Origin: Cohaesibacter marisflavi
GTDB taxonomy: Bacteria; Pseudomonadota; Alphaproteobacteria; Rhizobiales; Cohaesibacteraceae
Direction of reading: 5' to 3'
Length of the DNA: 32,000 bases
NCBI RefSeq assembly: GCF_900115225.1
Contig: NZ_FOVR01000001.1
Coordinates: 501,727-533,726, forward strand
Numbering within the stretch: position 1 is the stretch's first letter; each line of letters begins with the position of its first letter. Both the position numbers and the translations under genes were made by a program. Of the stretch, positions 9,341 through 18,193 are shown piece by piece. The notes under the pieces are model-generated. The model saw nothing but the letters and a program-made list of their open reading frames with translations. It ran no database searches and was not told the DNA's origin.

Positions 9341-9767
9341 ACGAGACCAGATCATAGAATGCGCGCGGGGCTGGCTGGGCACGCCTTACCACCATCAAGC
9401 CAGCGTCAAGGGCGTTGGCTGTGATTGCCTTGGATTGGTGCGGGGTGTTTGGCGCGGGCTTTACGGCTTTGAGGCTGCAAATATTCCGGCCTATTCGCCA
9501 GATTGGGGCGATGCCACCAATGCAGAAAGCTTGCTATCTGCGGGGCGAACCTATTTGCAGGAAATCGCCCTTGATGAGATGGGGCCGGGGGATGTGTTTG
9601 CGATCCGTTGGCGCGGGGCTAAGAGCGCCAAACATCTCGGCATCCTGACCGGTGAAACGCGATTTATCCACGCCTATGAAAAATGTGGTGTTGTCGAGGT
9701 GAGCTTATCCCCTCACTGGCGGCGGATGATTGCCGCTGCTTTCCGCTTTCCCAATCTGGAGGTTTGA
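9327..9767 (+). CDS. NlpC/P60-family phage cell-wall peptidase (RcGTA g14 equivalent)
   Basis: W.GTPY.HQ......G.DC.GLV (catalytic Cys context) and a downstream H.GI motif are present. ATG at 9327; GTG at 9300 is an alternative start. Confidence 0.75.
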   Translation: MTNIKRDQIIECARGWLGTPYHHQASVKGVGCDCLGLVRGVWRGLYGFEAANIPAYSPDWGDATNAESLLSAGRTYLQEIALDEMGPGDVFAIRWRGAKSAKHLGILTGETRFIHAYEKCGVVEVSLSPHWRRMIAAAFRFPNLEV

Positions 9768-9769
9768 AC

Positions 9770-12700
9770 ATGTCAACACTGGTTTTGTCAAAGGTCGGCA
9801 CGGTGCTTGGCGGGGCCTTGTTGGGGCCAATCGGGGCAATGATCGGCGGCACGATTGGCGCGCTTGGTGGGGCCGTTATCGACAATATGCTTTTGGCCGG
9901 TGGCAAGGATACCCACACGCAAGGGCCGCGTCTTGATAGCCTGGAGGTGACCAGCTCGACAGAAGGCACCGCGATCAACAGAGCTTACGGGCGGGCGCGC
10001 ATTGGCGGACAAGTGATCTGGGCAACCACCTTGGAAGAGGTCGCCACCACCACCAAACAGGGCGGCAAGGGCGGCGGGGCAAAAGCCAAGACAACCAGTT
10101 ACACATATTACGCAAATTTTGCGGTTGGCATTTGCGAAGGGCCGGGGGTCTATCTCAACCGGATCTTTGCGGATGGGACAGAAATCGACATGTCAAAAAT
10201 TGACTTTCGCTTTTACGATGGCAGCGAAAGCCAAGAACCTGACAGCCTGATTGAAAGCGTGGAAGGCGACGGGCTGGCGCCTGCCTATCGCGGGCTTTGC
10301 TATATTGTCTTTGACCGGCTGGAGCTGACCGACTACGGAAGCCGCATTCCGCAATTCACCTTTGAAATTATCCGGCCAGCACCGACACGCCAGCTTGAGA
10401 GCGCCATTTGTGGGGTCAATCTCATTCCGGGGTCAACCGAATTTGGCTATGAGCCGGATGTGATGCTCAAGCAAGAGCTGTCATCAAGTGGCGCGGTGAT
10501 CGGGCAAGAATACGAAAATGTGCATCAGAAACAGGGCGCGTCTGATTTGTCCGTTTCTCTTGATCAACTTGCAACCGTGATGCCGAATATCAAAAGCGTT
10601 TGCCTTGTGGTGGCTTGGTTTTTTGATGATTTGCGCTGTGGTGGCTGCAGCATCCGGCCAAAAGTGGAAATCAGCACCAAGGCAACATCGCCCTATAACT
10701 GGCAGGTTGCGGGCCTGACGCGAGACACAGCGCTTTTAATCACGCAAATGACTGATGATGATGGCAATGATTATCCCGTTTATGGGGGCACGCCTTCAGA
10801 CAAAGCTGTCATTCATGCCATTACCGAGCTGAAAGCGCGCGGCTATGATGTCATGCTTTACCCGTTCATTATGGGCGATATCCCGCAAGGCAACGGCCTT
10901 GCCGATCCTTGGGGCGGGGAAGAGCAAGCCACCTTCCCATGGCGTGGCCGGATCACTTGCCACCCGGCAGCAGGGCAGACCGGAAGCCCGGACCAGACCA
11001 GCACGGCGGGCGATCAGGTGAGCGCCTTTCTAGGCTCGGCGGCTGTGGCTGATTTTTCCATTTCAGATGAAACAATCGCCTATACCGGCGCGGATGAGTG
11101 GAGCTATCGGCGCTTTGTTCTGCATCTGGCCAATCTGGCCAAAGCGGCGGACGGTGTGGCGTCAATCTGCATCGGTTCGGAAATGGTCGGGCTAACCACG
11201 GTGCGCGATGAAGCCACAAGCTATCCCTTTGTAACCGGCCTTAAAGCCTTGGCTGTTGATGTGCGGGCGATCCTTGGGGAAACGGTAAAAATCGGCTATG
11301 CGGCGGACTGGTCAGAATATCACAGCCACAGGCCGGGGGATGGCTCGGGCGATGTGATTTTCAACATGGACCCGCTGTGGTCTGATGATGATATTGATTT
11401 CATTGGAATTGATAATTATTTCCCTCTGTCTGATTGGCGGCGGGGCAGGGACCATCTTGATTATGATCAGGACGCGGGGCATGTGACGCCATACAGCCTT
11501 GATTATCTCAAGGCCAACATCGAGGGCGGGGAATATTATGATTTCTACTATGCGGACGATGCGGCGCGTGTGGCGCAAGAGCGTACAGCGATCAGCGACG
11601 GGACGCATGGGGAAGACTGGATTTACCGCCAGAAAGATTTAAAAAACTGGTGGCTCAATAGCCATTATAACAGGCCGGGCGGTGTGCGTGATAGCGCGGC
11701 AACAGGCTGGACGCCAGAAAGTAAACCAATCTGGTTTACCGAGTTGGGATGCCCGGCGCTTGATCTGGGCAGCAATCAGCCCAATGTGTTTTTTGATCCC
11801 AAATCCAGTGAGAGCGCCTTGCCCTATTTTTCCAGCGGCGCGCGCGATGATGTGCAACAGCACAGCCATTTAAGGGCAACGCTCGACTATTGGGCCGATG
11901 ATGCCAACAATCCGGCCTCAAGCCTTTATGACGGTTCCATGATCGATATGGACGCTGTGCATGTGTGGAGCTGGGACGCGCGTCCATTCCCCTCCTGGCC
12001 ATTGGATGGGGCAAGCTGGGCGGATGCGGACAACTGGCAATATGGGCATTGGCTATCTTCTCGGGTGGGCATGGTCTACATGCCCGACCTGATGCGTCAT
12101 ATCTCCGAGGAATACGGCTTTACCGCCTATGATTTTGATGCGGCTTATGGGGCCTGCGATGGCTATGTGATCGATAGCACCATGAGCTTACGCAGTGCTT
12201 GGCAACCTCTGGAACTGGCTTTCGGCTTTGACTTGATCGAAACGGGCGGCATCATCAAGGCGGTTTCCCGAAAGGCCATTCCCCTTTGTGCGGATGTTGA
12301 TCAAGAGCGCTTACAGGATACGAACGGCGAGAGCGGTGGCGAGCTGGTCACGCTCACACGGGCGCAAGAAAGTGAACTCGCACGCGGCGTGCGCATTACC
12401 TATCTCAATGCGAACAAGGCTTACAATTCCGGCACAGTGACCGCTTGGAATAATTTTACAGGCGCAACGAATGTGTCTGAAAGTCAGCTTGCTATTGTCA
12501 TGGATGAGGACAGGGCGCAAGGCGTGGCTGAGTATCTTTTGCAAGATGCTTGGGCCGCGCGGGAAACCGGACAATTTGCGCTTATGCCTTCCCTGCTGGC
12601 CTTGGAACCGGGCGACGTTCTGGAAGTGACCACGCAAAAGGGTGCGCGGGAATTGCGCTTGACCGATGTAAAGGACGGGGAAGGGCGCACATGTGAGGCA

Positions 12701-13714
12701 AGCGGATTTATTGATGCCGGCTTGTCTGTTTCCGGTGCGCGCTATTCCTTGCGTTTCAGTCGGGCCAGCGCGGGACTTTCGCGCATTTTGGCGCGCTTTA
12801 TGGATTTGCCGTTGCTCCAGCCGGATAATGACCCGAATGCGGGCTATGTGGCTCTTTCTGCCAAGCGTTGGCCGGGGGCGGGGCTGGTGTTGCGCTCGAC
12901 CAATGAAAGCAGTTGGCAAACGAATATTGAATTTACCCATTCGGCCATCATTGGCGAAACCCTAAACGCCTTGGACAAAGGGCCGCTTTATGTCTTTGAC
13001 CGGGGCAATGCGCTGGAAATCGAGATTTATAGTGGCTCGTTGCTGTCTGTCTCTGAAGAGGAATTATTCTCTGGCAGCAACGCCTTTGCCATCGAAACAA
13101 GTGCGGGCGTTTGGGAAATCATCCAAGCGCAAACTGTGGAGCTGATCGGCTCAAAACGTTATCGCCTGACGGACCTTTTGCGCGGGCAGCTCGGCACAGA
13201 AAACGCTATGCTGGAAAGTGTCGCGGCCGGGGCGGCGCTGGTCTATCTTGATCAGGGCGTTGCGCAAGCAGACATGGGCCTATCTGATATCGGCATTAGC
13301 TATTATTGGCGCTATGGACCGGAAGGCGAAACGGTTGGCTCGGATCTCTTCACAACCGAGCAACACGCCTTTAGCGGGCGGGCGCTCAAGCCCTATGCGC
13401 CAGTGCATGCCCGATGGGCAAGCGATGAGGCGGGCGATCATACCATTACCTGGATCAGACGGACGCGGCTGGATGGCGACGGGTGGGAGCTTTATCAAGT
13501 GCCTCTGGGGGAAGAGCTGGAGGCCTATGAAGTCGATATCATAAGCGGCGGCGATGTGGTGCGCACCATCGAGACGAGCACGCCAGAAGCCAGCTATAGC
13601 GCCACACAAAGACAGACCGATCTAGGCAGCGCAACGGCTGGCTATGAGGTGGCAATCTATCAAATCAGTCAAACAATAGGGCGCGGGGATGCGCTGAAGG
13701 TGGGGTGGGGGTGA
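9770..13714 (+). CDS. Host-specificity / baseplate 'megatron' protein (RcGTA g15-like; glycoside-hydrolase-like TIM-barrel region plus phage tail domain)
   Basis: 1,314 aa. ATG at 9770 follows GGAGG at 9758-9762. The Gly-rich hydrophobic N-terminus (GGALLGPIGAMIGGTIGALGG) is typical of the family. It is the last gene of the conserved tail block. Confidence 0.85.
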   Translation: MSTLVLSKVGTVLGGALLGPIGAMIGGTIGALGGAVIDNMLLAGGKDTHTQGPRLDSLEVTSSTEGTAINRAYGRARIGGQVIWATTLEEVATTTKQGGKGGGAKAKTTSYTYYANFAVGICEGPGVYLNRIFADGTEIDMSKIDFRFYDGSESQEPDSLIESVEGDGLAPAYRGLCYIVFDRLELTDYGSRIPQFTFEIIRPAPTRQLESAICGVNLIPGSTEFGYEPDVMLKQELSSSGAVIGQEYENVHQKQGASDLSVSLDQLATVMPNIKSVCLVVAWFFDDLRCGGCSIRPKVEISTKATSPYNWQVAGLTRDTALLITQMTDDDGNDYPVYGGTPSDKAVIHAITELKARGYDVMLYPFIMGDIPQGNGLADPWGGEEQATFPWRGRITCHPAAGQTGSPDQTSTAGDQVSAFLGSAAVADFSISDETIAYTGADEWSYRRFVLHLANLAKAADGVASICIGSEMVGLTTVRDEATSYPFVTGLKALAVDVRAILGETVKIGYAADWSEYHSHRPGDGSGDVIFNMDPLWSDDDIDFIGIDNYFPLSDWRRGRDHLDYDQDAGHVTPYSLDYLKANIEGGEYYDFYYADDAARVAQERTAISDGTHGEDWIYRQKDLKNWWLNSHYNRPGGVRDSAATGWTPESKPIWFTELGCPALDLGSNQPNVFFDPKSSESALPYFSSGARDDVQQHSHLRATLDYWADDANNPASSLYDGSMIDMDAVHVWSWDARPFPSWPLDGASWADADNWQYGHWLSSRVGMVYMPDLMRHISEEYGFTAYDFDAAYGACDGYVIDSTMSLRSAWQPLELAFGFDLIETGGIIKAVSRKAIPLCADVDQERLQDTNGESGGELVTLTRAQESELARGVRITYLNANKAYNSGTVTAWNNFTGATNVSESQLAIVMDEDRAQGVAEYLLQDAWAARETGQFALMPSLLALEPGDVLEVTTQKGARELRLTDVKDGEGRTCEASGFIDAGLSVSGARYSLRFSRASAGLSRILARFMDLPLLQPDNDPNAGYVALSAKRWPGAGLVLRSTNESSWQTNIEFTHSAIIGETLNALDKGPLYVFDRGNALEIEIYSGSLLSVSEEELFSGSNAFAIETSAGVWEIIQAQTVELIGSKRYRLTDLLRGQLGTENAMLESVAAGAALVYLDQGVAQADMGLSDIGISYYWRYGPEGETVGSDLFTTEQHAFSGRALKPYAPVHARWASDEAGDHTITWIRRTRLDGDGWELYQVPLGEELEAYEVDIISGGDVVRTIETSTPEASYSATQRQTDLGSATAGYEVAIYQISQTIGRGDALKVGWG

Positions 13715-13892
13715 TTGTGCGTCTGGGCTTGGCAACTTTTAGCTAAAATGAAGGAGCACTGGCACACGCAATAAAAGGTGACCGGTAATCGAGACCGATA
13801 GGCGACATTCGACTGTTCTGGGGTGGCTCTGACGAGCTTGCCAAAAGCAGCTGTTCGCACGAGACGCAGCATTGGTCTCTCATTAAACCGCT

Positions 13893-14330
13893 TTAAGATG
13901 AAACAGCCTTGTCAGAGACAATGCGCTCCAGAGCGTTATATGCGTCCTGAGCAACATCGACCCTAAGATGGCATTTGGCTGAAGAAGTAACGTCAACGGG
14001 AGGGCTGATGTCTGCAAGCTTTAAGACCTGCCTGAGATGGGGGCCGGATAGAGGAATATAATCGAATTGCTCTCCAGAAAATCGATTATATATGCGGCCA
14101 ATAAACCACTTGCTCCGCCTCTTTGCTTGTTTTGCTGAAAACAATCGAAAATGAAGAACCCCTAAGAGTTCCTGATCATCCAAGGGGGCGGCATCAGCAG
14201 CTTTGCTAAATGCTGAGAATGCAGGCGACATTCCCGCTGTTACCGCGTCTGAGAAACCCCGAGACGTCGCGCTCTGCTCTTCACTGATCCGAATGATCGG
14301 TTGCGTATTCATTGCACTGCCCAGAACCAA
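13893..14330 (-). CDS. Hypothetical protein (145 aa from TTG at 14330; 139 aa from ATG at 14312)
   Basis: The ORF lies 12 nt downstream of the 79-aa gene on the same strand. No domain recognised. Confidence 0.45.
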   Translation of the reverse strand: MVLGSAMNTQPIIRISEEQSATSRGFSDAVTAGMSPAFSAFSKAADAAPLDDQELLGVLHFRLFSAKQAKRRSKWFIGRIYNRFSGEQFDYIPLSGPHLRQVLKLADISPPVDVTSSAKCHLRVDVAQDAYNALERIVSDKAVSS

Positions 14331-14342
14331 TGAAATCCATAT

Positions 14343-14582
14343 TCACCAAACAGCGAATAATACAACAATCAGGACAACCCATGGGATTAGTCCCAACCAT
14401 CCTGCCATAGTCGCGTCACACAAATATCGGCTGTTTTTTGAGCTCTTGAAGCCAAGCCAATTATATCTCTTTTCTTCAGACGATATTGGTTCGACAGAAA
14501 TGTAGCCAAATGACACAATGGGCAGCAGAATTCTCGCAGTTGAGTATCCAACGGCTTCAAGTAGAACATCATAAACAAACAT
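14343..14582 (-). CDS. Small hydrophobic / membrane protein (79 aa)
   Basis: ATG at 14582 is preceded on the minus strand by AGGAGA with about 7 nt spacing. The C-terminal segment GWLGLIPWVVLIVVLFAVW looks transmembrane. Confidence 0.55.
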   Translation of the reverse strand: MFVYDVLLEAVGYSTARILLPIVSFGYISVEPISSEEKRYNWLGFKSSKNSRYLCDATMAGWLGLIPWVVLIVVLFAVW

Positions 14583-14800
14583 AGGAACTCTCCTGCTTGC
14601 TGGGACGATACACCAATAGAGGTTATTTGAAAATGGTGCATCCGACTGGGATCAACAAACGGGGCCAACAGATTCGGTCCGAAGCAGTCCTCGGTCGTTC
14701 TATAGCCTGTTGTATAGCAGAACGCGCGATTGGACATTCGTTGACCGCCCAAGGACGGAGTTACAGAGTTCGACACAGCTATGTGTGAGTATGGAGATCA

Positions 14801-15277
14801 ATGATGAAACTAGAAGAGTACTATAGACCTCGCTTGTCCGAGGCTGGCTACGATCTTTTGGCTGTTTTCAGCAGGTTTGAATACGCACTGAAGAAGGGCG
14901 GGTTTCGCCGAGAAAACTACCCTGACGCAGCCTGGCCAACATTTGCAAACCGTCTTCCCGATCCGTTTTTTCAAAAGATGCGAGAGGCTTCGGAAGCCCA
15001 AATCTTTTTTGAAGCGCCGCCAGATCATCTCGTAACCACGGCTGACGGGGGTGTAGCCTGGTCAGGAGCACCAATTACACCAAACGACGCGGCCAGCCTC
15101 TTTAAAAGCATCAAGACTGCACGCAACAACCTGTTTCATGGGGATAAGAAACACGACAACGACCGAGATACCCGGCTAATGAAAGCGGCATTGTTTGTGC
15201 TGAACGAAGCCTACCAAGAAGCGGAAGTAAATGAAGGGTTTGATAGTTTTGTAAGCGCCATGGAGTTTGGTCTTTAG
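14801..15277 (+). CDS. Hypothetical protein with a HEPN-like Rx4H motif (TARNNLFHG)
   Basis: 158 aa with GGAG at 14793-14796 upstream (ATG at 14801 or 14804). It has a single R-N-N-L-F-H-G motif in a predicted helical C-terminal half. Convergent with the TIR gene. Confidence 0.5.
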   Translation: MMKLEEYYRPRLSEAGYDLLAVFSRFEYALKKGGFRRENYPDAAWPTFANRLPDPFFQKMREASEAQIFFEAPPDHLVTTADGGVAWSGAPITPNDAASLFKSIKTARNNLFHGDKKHDNDRDTRLMKAALFVLNEAYQEAEVNEGFDSFVSAMEFGL

Positions 15278-15364
15278 CATATCGGCCCTATCCTGCCGTT
15301 CGATTGATCAGGGGGGGGGCTCCGACGCGTTTCCCGAAAGCTGCCGTAAAAGCTCAAAGCTACT

Positions 15365-16567
15365 TTAGTCGTTGGAGGTCCGTTGTAAGAAGACTACCCC
15401 TTGTTGATCGTCAGGGAGCCCCACTGACCCAAAATCCCCTATTTCCAAGCTAGTTTCAGAAAATGAGATATTAGATCGGTAAATGCTAAACATCGAAGAG
15501 CGATCATCACGAGGTCGATTGTTTCGCACCTCACATCTTTCGAAAGAAACATCACTCTTTTTTATTATAAACGCATCAAAGCAGAAATTGTCATAAAACT
15601 CTACTTCTACCAATTTCAAAGAAGATGTCTCTATCGCTCTAAATACGCCATATGAGCACTTGTAGATATCGCAGTTCTGAAATCGAACGAATTGGCTATT
15701 CTCAATTTCAAAACCATAGGTTCCACATCCGAAGATTTTGCAATTATCGACACATATTGAAGAGCAATGCTTGAAGTTTAACACAGCACCTTTACACTCC
15801 CCTCCCTTCGGCCAGTGACCAAGGGCTGTGCCTTCTATTGTGACACCATGGCAATCTTCAAAACTCATCGTAGTTGCATAGGTGGGTTCAACGGTTATAC
15901 GAGCATCACTGCTTCCCTTAATTGTTAGATTGTTTACGCCTCTAAATACCAGTTCCTCTCCGTCGAACACCTCTCGAGCAAACACGTGATGATTATCAGG
16001 AACTTCAATCCCAGAAAGAGAAAAGCTCCTTCGAACGTAGATACTTGTATTTGAGCCTATGCAACTCAGGAACTCATCTGCCGAATAGACGTCTACTTTA
16101 CGATGATCAATCGCTCCTACCTCTCGCCCTTCGAGCGACGAGATATGGGTGACTAGCTCAGAGAAGTTGGCCTGAAAGCAGTCTATGTACTGATACTGAG
16201 CAAACGAAATGCCATCAACACGAGTTTTCGGTATTTGGCATTCCTCAATTCTCACCGGCAATACAAACGTTTTTCCAGCAGGAACAAGCGCCAGCCTTGC
16301 TAGCGCTTGCCGAAATTCTGATTGTACATATCCGACTTTCTGCACAGAGATTTCAGAGAACAAAGGTAAAAAGTATTTTGATGTTCGGATAACATCGCGA
16401 AGCCGGTCTTCCCACAATTCCCCTGGCTTCAGTCCTTCAAGTTTGTACGGAGAAGGAGGTTTGTCCATCCACGGACTTAATCCTGCCTCGCGCAACCTTC
16501 GATACAAAGCTTGTGCTTGTAGCAAGTCTTCACTTGCGTATGATATAAAGCAAATTGGGTCTGTCAT
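15365..16567 (-). CDS. TIR-domain protein fused to a right-handed parallel beta-helix repeat region
   Basis: The N-terminus has ICFISYASED..A..L...L...G...WMD...L.PGE.W...L...I..S.YFLPLFS......GYVQSEF (TIR core with a candidate catalytic Glu). The C-terminal ~200 aa have periodic ~22-aa units (NLTIKG, CHGVTIEG, ICVDNCKIFGC, VRFQNCDIYKC, VSFERCEVRNN). ATG at 16567; TTG at 16576 is an alternative start. Confidence 0.75.
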   Translation of the reverse strand: MTDPICFISYASEDLLQAQALYRRLREAGLSPWMDKPPSPYKLEGLKPGELWEDRLRDVIRTSKYFLPLFSEISVQKVGYVQSEFRQALARLALVPAGKTFVLPVRIEECQIPKTRVDGISFAQYQYIDCFQANFSELVTHISSLEGREVGAIDHRKVDVYSADEFLSCIGSNTSIYVRRSFSLSGIEVPDNHHVFAREVFDGEELVFRGVNNLTIKGSSDARITVEPTYATTMSFEDCHGVTIEGTALGHWPKGGECKGAVLNFKHCSSICVDNCKIFGCGTYGFEIENSQFVRFQNCDIYKCSYGVFRAIETSSLKLVEVEFYDNFCFDAFIIKKSDVSFERCEVRNNRPRDDRSSMFSIYRSNISFSETSLEIGDFGSVGLPDDQQGVVFLQRTSND

Positions 16568-16926
16568 AGTATCCAATACAATATCAAATTATTAGAACTT
16601 GCAATTGCATTACGTCGCACATACTTCAAAAAATAACAACCAAAAGAGTTGCGGATATGCCGCCTCTAAAACTCGAAATAATCAGCTTTTTAATACCCAA
16701 TTTGGACACGAAGCGAATTAGTGCGTCGCAGCATTTGTTAAAGCAGCTCTTTCAGCATAGAGATTGGAATTCGCTGCCCAAAGCCGGGATTCGCCAGAGA
16801 TGACTTTCAAGAATCCTGCGTCCCCATTCCTAACATTCGATTAAAGCAGGACATATTGAAAAGATATGTGACGGAGTATGGTGGATGTGTTAGGCTGGAG
16901 CAGCTCAAAAGATAAAGAGAAAATCA

Positions 16927-17520
16927 ATGGCGAGTATAATAAGCACTATTACTATTGCTGTTATTGGGGTTTTCCTGACTGCATGGTTTAATCACATTCA
17001 TTGGTTAAACAAAAATAGAGAAGAAATAAGAATTAGAGAAACTATTGAAGCAACTTCTTTAGTTAGAGATATTGCAAATATCTTTGACAAAAGAATTGTT
17101 ACTCAGAGGCTAATGCTGAGAAATATATTTTTGGAAAACAGGGAGGTTATGCTAGAAGAATACAAAAAATCTCTGAGAGAATATAGCGAAAGATATAACG
17201 AAGTTAGATTTAGACTGCGATATTTTTCAAGTTACAGTTATGTGATAGACTTTGAAAGAGAGCTAAACGACAAAATTGTTGAAAATTCATACGAAATTGA
17301 GCATATATTAAAGTACGGTAGACCAAAAAAACTAAAATTTTCAGAATTAAACGAGCAATTAAATATTATTTCAGTAAGAGTGTATGAGTACTGCGCGCTG
17401 TTAACTTCAGATATTTCTTCTGAAAATATTGGTGTCTTAAAAAAAATAAATGATTGGAAGGATCCAAATAACAAGTATATAAGTTCTTTGTTTTTAATTA
17501 AAAGACTTCTTTCTTTGTAA
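16927..17520 (+). CDS. Hypothetical N-terminally anchored membrane protein (197 aa), very AT-rich
   Basis: It has one N-terminal TM segment (IISTITIAVIGVFLTAWF) followed by a charged helical region. The 3' end overlaps the convergent GT51-like gene by 23 nt. Confidence 0.5.
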   Translation: MASIISTITIAVIGVFLTAWFNHIHWLNKNREEIRIRETIEATSLVRDIANIFDKRIVTQRLMLRNIFLENREVMLEEYKKSLREYSERYNEVRFRLRYFSSYSYVIDFERELNDKIVENSYEIEHILKYGRPKKLKFSELNEQLNIISVRVYEYCALLTSDISSENIGVLKKINDWKDPNNKYISSLFLIKRLLSL

Positions 17521-18193
17521 GACGAAGAGATGCAAGATAGTCCATTCTTTTGTGAACCCGGCTTGTCCACCAAGGATTGGAAGATTGGAATAATTGAAGA
17601 ATTTCTTCTGGACTTGAAAATACATCGCGATCACTTACCGAGTAATATATATTGGGAGGCAACGGGTAGGGCAAAAGACTCGCAATAAAAGCACTTTGTT
17701 CAGGCGTGAGGTTGGAGGGGGCCGTATCAAATAGAAATTTTGAAGCTTTAATGATACCGTGCATGTTTGGCCCAAAATATGCAGAATTTATGTAAGCAAG
17801 TAGTATTTCCTCTTTTGAACGATGTAAATTTATAATAGCCGCAAAAATTATTTCGCGAATTTTTCGAGATACAGTTCTTTCCCTTCGTCCTGTGCAGGTT
17901 CTAACCAATAGTTGCTCTATGGTGCTGGTTCCGCCGAATTTTCCATAAGTAATGTATCGTTTTAGGCCTCGAGGTAGAGAGCGTAGTTCAAATCCTAGAT
18001 GCAGAAAATACCGCCGATCTTCGAGAAGAAGGATATCATGGATTTGTTCTGGTATGATTTTATCTTCTTCGGAAAGAAAAAAAGAAGAATCTACAGAATA
18101 ATATTGATCAATCCAATTTAATAGTTCATCAAGGTCAACATTAAGACGAATCAGTAACTTTTTAAGGCTTAAATTATTTCGCGTTTTGGTCAT
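17498..18193 (-). CDS. GT51 (peptidoglycan glycosyltransferase / transglycosylase)-like protein lacking a membrane anchor
   Basis: GT51 motifs occur in order: EDRRYFLHLG (EDxxFxxHxG), GGTSTIEQL (GGSTITQQ-like), RKIRE (RKxxE), EILLAYINSAYFG and LTPEQSAFIASLLPYP. No hydrophobic N-terminal segment in the first 60 aa. Confidence 0.65.
   Translation of the reverse strand: MTKTRNNLSLKKLLIRLNVDLDELLNWIDQYYSVDSSFFLSEEDKIIPEQIHDILLLEDRRYFLHLGFELRSLPRGLKRYITYGKFGGTSTIEQLLVRTCTGRRERTVSRKIREIIFAAIINLHRSKEEILLAYINSAYFGPNMHGIIKASKFLFDTAPSNLTPEQSAFIASLLPYPLPPNIYYSVSDRDVFSSPEEILQLFQSSNPWWTSRVHKRMDYLASLRLTKKEVF

Noticed and set aside
14387-14776. 129-aa minus-strand ORF overlapping the 79-aa gene and the divergent intergenic region.
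   Set aside because: It overlaps the better-supported 14343-14582 gene, which has a strong AGGAGA SD, in another frame. It has no SD of its own, and its sequence is Cys-rich and low-complexity in a way that suggests chance.
15311-15319. A G9 homopolymer between the convergent HEPN-like and TIR genes; considered as a phase-variation tract.
   Set aside because: It lies in the 3' intergenic space of both genes, outside any coding frame or obvious promoter, so length changes would not switch expression. It may still be a sequencing-error hotspot.
16657-16803. A 48-codon ORF (MPPLKLEIISFLIPNLDTKRISASQHLLKQLFQHRDWNSLPKAGIRQR) in the 350-nt gap upstream of the TIR gene.
   Set aside because: It is short, has no SD and no recognisable motif. 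It could be a gene remnant, but this cannot be supported from sequence alone.
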